NCBI RefSeq assembly: GCF_006345805.1
Contig: NC_042997.1
Span: 62,372,001-62,436,000, forward strand
Reading direction: 5' to 3'
From: Octopus sinensis
Lineage: Eukaryota
Length of the DNA stretch: 64,000 nucleotides
Every line of letters begins with the position of its first letter. Positions within the stretch are counted from its first letter, which is position 1. The position numbers were made by a program, and so were the translations under genes. The notes under the pieces were generated by a model, which did no database searches, was not told the origin of the DNA, and saw only the letters and a list, made by a program, of their open reading frames with translations. Positions 27,001-39,590 of the stretch are shown piece by piece.

Positions 27001-27370
27001 CATGGGGAAAACATTGACTAACAGTACGTTTTTCGCGAAACTAAATATATAAATACTTGTATACTCGCGTCGTCAAAAATGTCGACAGCTATTAATTTTA
27101 GAAAACAGCTCATCAAAACCTCGGGATAAATATCAGCAAAAGAGTAAACATATGTCCATACACAGAAATGAAGTATGCGAACACATTCAGTCATAATATC
27201 TCTAGTGAAAATATAAGGGCTTCTTTTATTTTCTGTCTACCAAATATATTCACAAGGCATCGGTTTGGCTCTGGGTCCAATGTGCCAGTACACACGCACA
27301 CGCACACACACACACACACACTCATGCATACATACGTACATGCATACACACACACACTCACACACACACA

Positions 27371-27439
<69 letters not shown>

Positions 27440-27445
<6 letters not shown>

Positions 27446-28380
27446 AAACAAGTCAAAAATAGAAAATGCTAAGATGATTTTATAGTGAATCTTTCAGTAC
27501 CGGTTTCGGTCATTTTGAGACCTTTTCAACTGTAACGATTAAATAATTAAATTTTGAAAAATTTTGAAAAATTAGAAGAAAGGTTTTTTTAAAGGAATAC
27601 TTCCATAGTAGTGTTCAGATATATGTGGCATTCTGCCTTTCTCTGACTCCCTTGTTTGCACTTGTGTATTCGAGGTCGTTGTGAGTTCTTGAGGGGGTGG
27701 GAGTGGGAAAATCTGGGCTGGTCAGTGGCGACCGGCAGTCGCTGCGTAGGCGTTATACTTTAAGACATTAGTGGGGGTAGAAGGTGGAGAAGTAGAAGAA
27801 GAAGAAGAAGATGACGGTGCCGATGATGATGACGATGAAGAAGAAGAAGGAGAAGGAGAAGATGACGATGATGATGGTGGTGATGACGATGACGACGATG
27901 ATGATGATAACGATGATGATGAAGAAGGAGAAGAAGAGGGAGAAGAAGAAAAAAAACAGAGAAGGGAGAATATGAATGGGTGAAGATATAGCTGTTTTGG
28001 GGCGATAAGTAATGGATTCTATGGAATGTAATATTTGTGTGTGTATATATATTTCTTTTATTCTTAAGTTGAGCTATATTAATTGTTTGTCGTAGACCCG
28101 TTAAGAAGTGGCCTGTATTTTATAATAAAGAGATTTTCTTTACTTATTCGTTGTCTCGAGGTTGTATCGTCCCTAAATTGGTAGAGGGGGAAAATTCTGA
28201 AGTTTGGTGTTTTTTTGTTGGCGCAAGTATCTATGTGTTGGCTAAAAGCTATTTTTCTGTTTTGGGGAATTTTTATCTGGGATCTGTGCAGGGCCATTCG
28301 TTTACGCAAACCATTTTTTGTTTGGCCTATGTACTGCTCTTGACACCCGGAGCAGGTTAGTGAGTATATTATATATATAT
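27440..28380 (-). mobile_element. Penelope-like element 3' end (GIY-YIG, 3'UTR, pLTR)
   Basis: IYSLTCSGCQEQYIGQTKNGLRKRMALHRS...KENLFIIKYRPLLN*; pLTR carries a hammerhead motif. Confidence 0.85.
27495..27532 (-). ncRNA. Minimal type I hammerhead ribozyme motif (U3-A8 variant)
   Basis: CAG-UUGAAAA-GGUC ucaaaau GACC-GAAA-CCGG-UA-CUG: 3-bp stem I, 4-bp stem II, palindromic stem III. Confidence 0.65.
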
Positions 28381-28747
28381 ATACTAGCAAATATGCCCAG
28401 CGTTGCTCAGGATTAAAATGGCATAGATCTTTATTGTTTTACTTGCTTCGGTCATGTGACTGCGACCATGCTGGAGTACCACCTTTAGTCGAAGAAATTG
28501 ACAACAGGATATATTCTTTGTAAGCAGATCACTTACTCTATTGGTGTGTTTTGCAAACAGCTAAGTTATGGGGACGTAAACACAGCAACATCCTAGTCAA
28601 GTGATGGTGGGGTTAGAATACAGACACAGGCACACAAACACACACACACACACACATATATATGTGCAGGAATTTACAAAACTTCAACAATACTATCTCA
28701 TGTATATATATATATATATATAATAATATATATATGTATAAATATAG

Positions 28748-28835
<88 letters not shown>

Positions 28836-29086
28836 ATATATATGTATACATATATATATTCATGCATATTATATATATGTATAAATATATATAAATATAT
28901 ATATATATACATGTACATATATACGTATATATATATATACATATATATATATGCATTTATACACACACAACACACACACACACATATAATACAATATATG
29001 TATTGTTGAAGTTTTATAGAATTATTACAATTAACACTTATTCAAAACATACTTAAATTATGTATCTTCTATAGAAGAATATATAT

Positions 29087-29163
<77 letters not shown>

Positions 29164-29989
29164 ATATATATATATATGCAATTAAGGACAACTACTTAAT
29201 AAGGAAAACTTAACAAGAATTGTCAGGTAGATAGCGTAAAAACCTCATAAGAGAAAAAATTTTCAAAATAATTATTTCTTATGAACATATTAATTTATAT
29301 ATATAATTATATATAAATTATATATATATATATAATATAACAAAACTGGGAGGAAGGGAAAGTGGGACGAAACGACGAATCGAATCGACCCTGACGCGAA
29401 CGCGCTGTCAGACAATAATGTAATAAATAAAATATATGCATGCATACAAACATATATGTACGTACCTACATCTACATGTATATATACATGCATATATAAA
29501 TATATATACGTGAGTACAGGATACTGCAACTAGACGTAGAACTCAACGAAAAACGAAAACGGACAAGCCATAGTCCAGATGGAGCTGTGCACATACCGTT
29601 TAAGCACGGCTTTTACATTAGATTATCTGCTAATTAGCTAGCATTAAGTATCTATATGAAGTTTGGCTGTATGTAATATCTCTTTTCTCGAACAGCCGCT
29701 TCTACTGAGTACTGCTGTTGGTTTATTTCTTATACATAAAGGACTATAGCTTCAACTGCGTACTGCTTTTTGATTCACCGTAAGGTTTGTTGTTATTATT
29801 ATTACTGTTTATCTATTGTTATCACATTTGTTGGTTCCTCGTAAGAGAAAGGTTGTTGTGTTGCATTTGTTAAATAATTGTAAACTGTAACCCTACCCCT
29901 TTGGGAGAAGGAGCTTTGGTTATTGTTTAAAAATTGAATTGTGTCCCTGTTTGCGGAAATTGGCAATATTTTCACCGTTTATACGTAAG

Positions 29990-30535
29990 CATTTTTGTTA
30001 GAATGCCTTCGATAGAAGAAAGTCCAAAAATGAATTTCGCTGCAGCCGTCGGCGAGCGCGAACTCATTAAAACTAAAATGGAAGAAATACAAACCTATTT
30101 TGGATTGATCACCGACAAAGACAATGAATCTAGGAAAACGCCACCAAACGAAATAAAAAATTAAATTAAAGAAAAGACTATTGTCTATAAAGTATACAAT
30201 GTAGAGAAAAAAATTGAACACCTGGAGGAGAGTACCATCGAAAAGTGTCTTGGTGCGACTATGAAAGATATCTAACCCGAGGCGGTAAATTCGCCACAAT
30301 AGAAGCAAGGTTCGAGTCAACGGAGCGTGCAAGGGAGTACTCGACTCGAACCTTGCAAAATGGAAATATTTTATTTTTACCTTTATATCTGGGACGTAAG
30401 ACGTCCCGGATAAAAATTTAAAATGTCCCCCCAGAAGTAGAGGTAGGCTGGATTGTAGCCACACTGCTATACAAGAGGGAGGACAAGATACAATTGATCG
30501 AAATTGCAAGAAACGGGCCTACAATTCCAGTCTGT
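29990..30535 (+). mobile_element. Probable Tx1/L1-type LINE ORF1 remnant (with upstream 5'UTR)
   Basis: MPSIEESPKMNFAAAV...RGGKFATIEARFE...FLPLYLGRKTSRIKI*NVPPEV with in-frame stops; family assignment by motif resemblance. Confidence 0.55.
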
Positions 30536-30670
30536 TATATATTTTGAGTATTGTTATCACTAGCGATATCAAGATATAACTTTGTATTCTGTATTTTATG
30601 TGTAGATGTATATATATATATATAGATGTACATGTAATATGTACACATATATATACACATATATATATGC

Positions 30671-30709
30671 ACTAGCACTATGACCCGGCAACGACGGGTC
30701 ATAATGCTA

Positions 30710-30711
<2 letters not shown>
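30671..30711. mobile_element. 41-bp Helitron-terminus-like hairpin
   Basis: ACTAGCACTATGACCCG-GCAACGA-CGGGTCATAATGCTAGT: 17-bp stem with one mismatch, CTAG at both ends; a related ACTAGC...CGTTGCTC end is at 28383. Confidence 0.55.
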
Positions 30712-30766
<55 letters not shown>

Positions 30767-31322
30767 ATAGATACATACTATATATACATATGTGTATATA
30801 CATATATTCGTGTATATACAAATATATATATATATACATGTGCGTATATATATATTTTCTGTGAATGATAGCAGTTATTCATTTCCCAGATGCACTTTCC
30901 GCCTCTCTGCTGCACTGCAGTGAGTCGCCTGCATCACGTAAAGAGCACCGTGCTCTCGTACTCGCGATCGTCGGTAACGTACAAAAGCTCGCGGTTTCGC
31001 GTGCGTCAACGTGAATGCCACAACGGCCGATACCGGCAGCCTGGCGGCTGTCACCGGGGTGTACGCGTGATCTACGTCGTCGATACCGTGACGTGGTCCG
31101 TCCCGTATACGTGTAAAATAGGTTATCCTTTTCTTGGGCAAAGAAATTTGTGTCAGTATCAGGAATAGTAAGTATGGAAAAACAGACTATAACGAAAGAA
31201 AATGAAAATGAATATATACATATACATATATATATATATACATATATATATATATCTATATATATATAATATATATATATTAGATATATATATATATATA
31301 TATATAATATATATATATATAT

Positions 31323-31360
<38 letters not shown>

Positions 31361-31466
31361 GTAAAATATTTATAGGATCGTGGGTTTTTTTTTAGAAATT
31401 TCACTACCAGTCGCCTAGCATGTATAAAAGTCAATAGACAACATATTGAGAATATGTTATATCGAG

Positions 31467-31535
<69 letters not shown>

Positions 31536-31536
31536 G

Positions 31537-31613
<77 letters not shown>

Positions 31614-31789
31614 GTATGTGTATATATATATATATGTATGTATGTATGTATAAAGATATACATAAAGATATATATATATATATATTATATATATATATTA
31701 TATATATATATATATATATAATATATATATATATGTACCGAAGTAAGCACATAAATGTGAAACAAGGTGGCAAAAAGAGTACTCAAATA

Positions 31790-32155
31790 CCAGTAATATG
31801 CTTTATTCAAAAGCAGCAGAAATATAACCAAAGCTATTACTCGGAGTTTCACGTTCCCGTTCGTCGGACAGTTTGGTTAAAATAGAACCGAAATAACAAT
31901 TTGATCAAAATTAGTTAAAGGATACACCTTCACTGTTGTGAAATATTTAAATATATTTTTATTTTAATTTTTATGTATTAATTGTATTAATCGAAAAAGG
32001 ACCAATGAAACAAATTCATTTTAAAGGTGTATGCTTTAGCTAGCTTTGATAAAATTGTTATTTCGGTTCTCTTTTAACAAAACTGTCTGACGAACGGGAA
32101 CATGAAACTGCGAGTAATAGCTTTTGTTATATGTCTGCTGCTTTTAAATAAAGTA
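31790..32155. mobile_element. Inverted pair of PLE-type pLTR fragments, each with a hammerhead motif
   Basis: About 140-bp arms at 31794-31935 and 32024-32155; hammerhead motifs at 31834-31871 (-) and 32083-32120 (+). Confidence 0.7.
32083..32120 (+). ncRNA. Type I hammerhead ribozyme motif (canonical core)
   Basis: CUGU-CUGACGA-AC gggaac AU-GAAA-CUGCGAG-UA-AUAG; the inverted partner has an intact stem II (AC/GU) but a U4C change. Confidence 0.6.
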
Positions 32156-32876
32156 TATATATATATAAAGAGATAATTGAGATTAAGTTGAATTAGGTAA
32201 GTTGAAGCACCAAGTCAGTGCGGTATTATCCGTACAACTCAAAGTAAGGTGAATAAATTTAAAATAAGCAACAGGATATTAAGAGGTGATGCAGTACGAC
32301 CGTTTCAAACGGCTCCATTTAATTGAATAATGCAATCATTACATCAATTCAAATGCAGAGATATCCTCATCTGCATAAATAAATATAATTTTTTAATCAG
32401 TTGGACACATTAATATAATTTTACTCAAATTCTCTAATAGACCAAGAAGAGGGAGAAAGTCCATGTTGCTACTAATGTAACTCAGAATATACTACACTTC
32501 TAAGAACTGATGAAGTTTGTTAGGGTCATAGTATGTAAAGGATTGTGGTTCCTTTTTAACTTATTTGTCTTTTTTATCAACTACCAAATCTTAAGGTCAG
32601 TATCTGCGAATACATCTGATACATTGCACCACATGCAGCGATTGCTACTTCGACAGTAGGAATTGGCATTTATGTATCTAAATGAAAGAACTCGTCATCA
32701 GATGCGCCTCAGTTTTCCGAAAATAGATCGTGATATGTGTCAATGCCAGTAAGTACAAAATCGCCACCATTTCATCTACAAAAATCAACGTTGGGAATCA
32801 ACAGATTCAAAAAACAGCCATTATAGAAATAGATCAGTTGAACATATCACAGTGGCTAATCTAACCAAGCTGCTGC

Positions 32877-32909
<33 letters not shown>

Positions 32910-34917
32910 TACCACTACCACCACCACCACCACTACCACCACTATCATTGCTGCTTTGGCTACTTCTGCTACTTATGTTGTTTTGGCAACCATAGTGGAT
33001 GGAAAATTGAACTAGTATTACCAAGGCCGTTACTGATACTTCTAGTTGACAGCTGAATGGAAATTTGAGCCACTAATTCCTCCATTGCCTTTCTCCACCC
33101 GTGCCCTCACGCATGTTAGTTCCTACACTGAAATGTAACTGAACAGTTATGTAATTCAATTCTCTGGCGCTTCCTTTAGATTTTCCCTTCATTAGGGGAT
33201 GTAAAAAGCTAATAAATATTTCCAAGGCAACATTCAAACTGTTTTCATAATTATAAATTGCTGACATTTATAACGCCATTTGCATTGCATTAGTTTCTTA
33301 AAACGAACTCCTTTTTCTTTAAAATATTTAAAAACAATCTTCCACACTAACCTTAAAATCATATAAAGCTAGGGTATTTTTATTCTCTTTGTCCCAGAAG
33401 AAGTTTCTAAATAGGCACCTCCAGAATAGTTTTTCAATCCTAATTAAAGGATGGTAGCCTGTCATTTTCAATAATCGCAGACAGGCTTACACTTCTGTTT
33501 TAAATACAGAAGCTGATTGTTACGCTGAATAAAACGATTTCATTCTCAGTGATCGTTTCCTATCAGGATTATACACAACAATACGAATGTAGTTGTATTC
33601 AAAGGAGCAAAGGGATGGCTGTTACTCAATGAATTTTTCATAAGAAGCTGTAAGTAGGTTTCTTCTCTCTCCCCATTTTACCAGTACGGAAGCAGTACAT
33701 ACACCATACGAACTTGTGAAATATGTCAAATCAGTCGAATTGTTCTTCACTCTGTTCTGTAAAAAAATCTCTTGCCTTTTAACCTCGTGGCTTTACAACA
33801 ACGGTAAATCTGTATATTTACGAATAAATGAATCAGAAATTGGACCAAATTAGAATATTGCATGCATGTATGTGTGTAATATACGTAAATATATGTATTT
33901 CTATCTATCTATCTATCTGTATATCTATTTATCTAGCTATTTTTCTATCTATCAACATATCTACTACATATGTGGCAAATCGGTGTGTGTTTGTGGCGTT
34001 GTTGGCTAACTCCTCCTACATGGTAGTATTGTTTTTGATGAAACTTGACCCATGAGTACAACTCATATCTAGAAAGCTCGTGACATACTTAGATTGTTGA
34101 AAAAATCTATAATACGGCCCCTGGAAGGGACCTTTATATCTACCTCATATAACACTTTTTCCATGACAGTAGATAATTTTTGTTATTCCACAACGTATTT
34201 GTTGTGGCTTACTGCAGGCATAGCGTGGATTCGACCCTCGATTGCCAAATTTCACTTAACACTTCAACAGTGCTTTTCTCATGGTAAGACAATAGTTTTT
34301 CTGTGAATGATAGCAGTTATTCAATTCACAGATGCCTTCGCTAAGCAGAATAATGTCTTTTCCTCTGGCCAACCTCCGACAACCTCTCTCACCAACACGC
34401 GACTATCTCTCTCTCCTCCAGCTGACAGTTTTTGTACTGCTTCATGACAGAAAATACACCATTTGTGACAGTTATTACGAAATTGCTTTCTTATATCAGA
34501 GTAATAAGACGTTTCAGTGGATGGGGAGAGGAGTTTCGGATCAGGAAGTTTCCCCGTTTTGACGTAGATTTTCTCCATTTTTTTTACCACAGCCTTCGGA
34601 ATAATGGCGCTGATGCGGGGAGGGTACATCTTATGTATGACAAAAAAGTTTATAAATTTTTTGTTACCCCCCCCCCCCAAACACACACTCATCGTCCCAC
34701 TCCAGACCGGTTTTGGCCATATTTTTTCTTTGCACTCTCAAACCATGCAAGCAGCCTATTCGGTAAAAAAAACAAACAATTGTAAATATTTTCAGAGGAA
34801 AAAGTATGTGATTTAAGGTTGTTGTTTCTAGCACATCCCAAGACCATACTCCTCGATTCTTTCTCACTCTCGCATGTATTGGTGTTTTTCAATATTTTTC
34901 TCTCGATAATGCGGCGT

Positions 34918-35116
34918 GCTGGCAGAAACGTTAGCACGCTGGATGAACTGCTTACTAGTGTTTTGTGCCTTTATGCCTGAGTTCAAATGCCGCCGAGGTC
35001 AACTTTTCTTTTCATCCTTTTGGGAACGATAAGTTAAGTACCAGTTGAGTACTGAGGTCTAATCGACTGGCGCCCTCCCCCCAAATTTCGAGTCTTGTGC
35101 CTAGAGTAGAAAAGAA
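34918..35116 (-). mobile_element. SINE family C
   Basis: GGCACAAG..CTGGTACTTA..CCCAAAAGGATGAAAAG..AAAGTTGACCTCGGCGG..; other copies at 40592-40795 (-) and 51650-51870, 52025-52226, 58960-59130, 59145-59355, 60975-61185 (+). Confidence 0.75.
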
Positions 35117-35395
35117 TATTTTTCTCCCCATCAACACATTTATGTTATAAAAAAAATTTGAAAATTTATGAAATTTTTTCAGCCTGATTGTTTCTGCTTA
35201 TAATTTAAAATATTGGAGTCTGATGCATTTATCTTGATGAAATTGCAGCGACTATGATGAATAATTTCATACAGAGCAATGTACAGTTGCTGCAGTAGAA
35301 ACACATGTTAGGCATTGTTAAACGTGATGCTGCAGAAAACTTTTTAATAAAAGAGTTTGGGATGTGAATAAATATCCATTCTCCTCTTTGTTTTC

Positions 35396-35458
<63 letters not shown>

Positions 35459-35811
35459 CGTGCGTGTGTGTGTGTGTGTGTGTGTAAGTATATCCTGGTG
35501 TGTGCGAGTGTGTGTGAATGTGTGCGTTTAACTCACCAGGAAGGCAGTCATTCATAGATCATGTAATAACTAACAATTTTCCATTTAGTAAAACTGTTCT
35601 AATTATAGCTTTCCAAGTGTCTGAATAGGTAAGTTTCTACAGGTGACTATGATAGTGAGTTAAAGAGAGAGAAGGAGAGAGAAAGAAAAAAATAGTTTTA
35701 AACGGAGACGAATTTAAATACATACGAACATGTATTTGATTACTTACAAATACAACAAACTTGTTCGTGTGTTTGTGCATATGTACATACATACATACAC
35801 ACACACACACC

Positions 35812-35849
<38 letters not shown>

Positions 35850-35869
35850 ATATTATATATATATATATA

Positions 35870-35914
35870 TATGTATGTACGTAAATAGTATATATTTATA
35901 TGCACAGGCATATA

Positions 35915-35948
<34 letters not shown>

Positions 35949-35993
35949 TATATGCCTGTGCATATAAATATATACTATTTACGTACATACATA
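35870..35993. repeat. Perfect palindrome centred on (TA)n
   Basis: TATGTATGTACGTAAATAGTATATATTTATATGCACAGGCATATAGAC-(AT)n-exact reverse complement. Confidence 0.9.
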
Positions 35994-36101
35994 CACACAA
36001 AAGCACATATATAGTATGGAGTGCAACTATAAGTTTGTGTCTGTGTGTATAAATACATATATGTAAATGTACGTTTATATATGTTAATATAGGTATATAT
36101 A

Positions 36102-36136
<35 letters not shown>

Positions 36137-36367
36137 TTCTTTCTTTCCCTCTCACTATCTCTGTATATATATATAAATATATATATACAACACATGCATA
36201 CATGTGCATATACATGCATACAAACCATCGCATACAGATTTTTCCACAGCGTGACCTTGTGGAAACTATTGTATATTGATGTGGTTCTGCGTGTATACGT
36301 GTTGTTATTTGTGTATGCTTATTGTATTGTGTATGCTTATTGTCATGTATTAAAATAAACCACTAAC

Positions 36368-36502
36368 CTTTAGTGCCCCTTCGCTGACATGAATGTTTTT
36401 CTTTTTGAGACCAATACTAAGTTCTTCAACCGACAAATTTCCATCCTTCGATGTATCAAGTCCATCGAAGATTGCTGCCCATTCTTGTTTTGATTGATTC
36501 AT
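36368..36502 (-). CDS. EF-hand first exon, variant 2 (no own exons 2/3 found)
   Basis: MNQSKQEWAAIFDGLDTSKDGNLSVEELSIGLKKKNIHVSEGALK, 135 nt, canonical loop DTSKDGNLSVEE, phase-0 donor AAG|GTTAGT; too short for the ORF track. Confidence 0.82.
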
Positions 36503-36640
36503 TTCTTATGTTATATTTTTAGAAAGAAAAACCTTAAGATGAGATAGTACAAGATTCACAAGAATCACAAGTTGCGTAGAAGTTGAGGTTGAACGTTCGT
36601 AACTTCTGCACTATGAACTGTGAACTAATGAAATTGTGTC

Positions 36641-36648
36641 ATTATATA
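36641..36648 (-). promoter_or_regulatory. TATA-like box of variant-2 exon
   Basis: TATATAAT at the position homologous to TATAAAAT in variant 3, about 139 nt upstream of the ATG. Confidence 0.45.
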
Positions 36649-37514
36649 CCGCTACCGGTTTTTTTCTCTCCAATGATTTCCTTGCGTATATGAGTGTTTT
36701 TGTAAGTGTATATATATATCTACGATCTGTCAGTGAGCGCGTGTGTGTATGTGTGTCTGTGTGTGAAATTTCAGTATTGCTTTTGGTATTGTTGTTATTG
36801 TTGTTTTATAAATTAAAACAGCACAATCAAATCTTCAAAAAAGTACATTGATTATATTATCCCGATGTAGGTCGCACCCATCACTACACATGTTCTCTCA
36901 CACACTGTATACACGCACGCTTACCGCACATGCATATATGGGCTTACAATTACACACATAACACATACATACATACATACATACATACATACATACATAC
37001 ATACATACATACATACATACATACATACATACTACATACATACATACATGCAAACATATATTTCGCACACGGCCTTGACTCAAAACATCTCACGTATTTC
37101 AAAAGCAAACTATATTTTAATTACACTTTTTAAAAGAACCCGATGAGTGCAATCTTTTGGTGAAACCCCTGTTAATAGATATTTGATAGAAAAAAAGTTA
37201 TGCAGCTTTAAGTGATGAAAAAAGTGATAATTTGTTGTTTCCAACTTTTACTTACTTGCGGCCAATTTAATGCTTTACCACTAATTAAGTTTTAGCTCAA
37301 TCTTAATTCGGTTTATTGTGCTATAATGGACCATTTATAAGCTACATTTTGACATAAAATACTCGAAATTTGGTTCAGTAGAAAAAAAGTTATGATAAAA
37401 AGTGTAGGGCCAAATATAGGAAAGTGACGCCTAATATTTACTTTGATTCGTAATTTCTCAGTTATTTGAAAGAATATCTATACTTTAATTATGTCTGTTT
37501 AAAAGAACTCAATG

Positions 37515-39100
37515 AGTAGAATCTTTCGGGAAAGACCTCATGGGAGGCCTACCGTGTCCAGTTTGAACTATTGGCTGACCAGAATGGATTGGACGATGGG
37601 CAAAGAGCAGTTCAGCTTGCTACTAGTCTAAAGGGCGCTGCAGTAGAAGTACTGAGCTAGTTGACTGTAGAGGACAGAAGCTGTTCTCCTTCACTAGTGG
37701 CAGTGTTAGAGAGAAGATATGGCACTATGTGCTTAAGTGTACAGGGTACGATTTCGGGCCCGCATAAGGACTAGAAGAGAATCACTACAACAGCTTGCCC
37801 AGGAACTTTTGGCTCTTCTTCTGAAAGCAGTTCATCGACGCTTTGGGCAGTGCAGAGCTTAAAGTTCAAGTGAAGCATGCACAGTCGAATACTATACAAG
37901 AGGCATTGGCGAGAGCTCTGGAATTTGAGTCGTATGTAAGGTCTAGCACAGGAAGATTTCAGGTGGACTACAATTCCGGACTCAACGCAAAGAAGGGCAA
38001 GTACGTGAAGCAGGAAGATTTAATAAAAGTTGGTGGTATTGCGAAAAGGTCGGACATAACAGAGAAAGCTGTTTGAAGAAGAAAGAACAAGAGACGGTTG
38101 GAATATATTGTTGGTACTGTGGGAAGCCAGGACACAAGATGCAAGATTGTTACAAACTGAAGAGAGAGCAAAGGCAGAACAGTAGTAAAAAGTTCACACT
38201 TAGGAGAAAGTGTGAAACATGAGGTGAAAAGAGACTTCAGTTTTAACTGCCCTACACGAAAGAAGGATAGTAAGAAGGTAACGAAAGACAAAGGAGAGTC
38301 GGAAAACTAGGAAGGAGCTGGTGTAAATGGGCAACCGCCAGCCGAATATTCCAAAGAAGCCCCAACTCCGAGAAGATGTAAAAAGGCTAATTGACAGCAT
38401 ATAAGTGGATGGTAGAATTGACAACTAGAAGTGTCACCTTGTGATTGATTCGGCTTCGGAGCAGACTTTTGTGAGACCCGAGATGTCACAGCATCGATAC
38501 CTACCAGAGTTATCACGGCAGTTGTGCGGTGTTACCGGACAGTGTACTGAACTGAGAAGACCGGTTGATGTCCTGATTGAAGTTGTAGGACGAAATGTCG
38601 TGCTTCTAGTCTACGTGGTGGAGATGGAGTGTCTCTGTCTCTTGGTTTGGACTACTTGGCGACTATGGGGTGTCAATTGGACTTCTGCTCCATGAAGCTT
38701 CGGGTGAAAGAAAGATTAGTCCCTGTCAAGATGGTAAAGCAGACTATTGCTGGTGGTGAAGTGAAAGCGTTACGGACGATAGTGATCCCACCGAAATCGG
38801 AATTTCTACTCCAGTGTAGTGTGAAGCACCGTATTAACACAGGAGATCGTCGCCCAATCGAGAAACCGGCTTGAGAGATGGCACCAGTGCAGTGTAAAGA
38901 AATGGAACGTTCTGAAAGAGAAGTCAATGTGGAAAGATGTCTGCGAGATGAAAGAAATGTCGAGTCAGAATTGCAAAATGTTCGCCAAAACTTTGTAGGG
39001 GAGGCCAAATCTTTCCACGAAGTCAAAGAAAAACATACGCAGTGGTTGCAGAAATGTGATAGGAAAAACATGAACCAAAAAATAGATATTTTAATGAAAT
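37515..39100 (+). mobile_element. Ty3/Gypsy gag-protease remnant
   Basis: SGKTSWEAYRVQFELLADQNG, zinc knuckle CWYCGKPGHKMQDC, protease VIDSASEQTFV and GLDYL; many stops. Confidence 0.85.
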
Positions 39101-39446
39101 AAGATGGGAAACCAAGTGTTCTCAGAGAACACAGACAACAGCCGACTGTCAGAAAATAAATTTCAGCTGATCCGAGAAATTAACGAACTGAATGCGAATA
39201 TGTTGCAAACAGAAAAAATAAAAAGGAGCTGAGAAATTAACGAACTAAAGGTGAATATGTTACAAAAAGAAATCAGACCCTGAAAATTAACAAACTAAGG
39301 ACGAATATCTTACAAAAAAAAAAAAAAATACGGGAAGAGATACAGTGCAACATGCATGAAAGGATTGCTGTATAAAAGACGCAAATTGAACATCGCTCTC
39401 TCGTTTTGCAAGCGAAGACGAAAAAGATAATTATTTGTGGACGCAA

Positions 39447-39484
<38 letters not shown>

Positions 39485-39542
39485 TGTGTGCGCACGTGTG
39501 TGTGTGTGTGCGCGCGCGCACGTGTGTGTGTGTGTGTGTGTG

Positions 39543-39590
<48 letters not shown>

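Larger units (their letters stand above)
34510..37100. repeat. Segmental duplication, copy A (promoter + EF exon 1 + start of intron)
   Basis: 34510-35180 matches 40180-40860 and 36180-37080 matches 41560-42480. Confidence 0.85.

Noticed and set aside
27771-27983. Acidic poly-D/E ORF
   Set aside because: Antisense of the low-complexity 3'UTR of a Penelope element.
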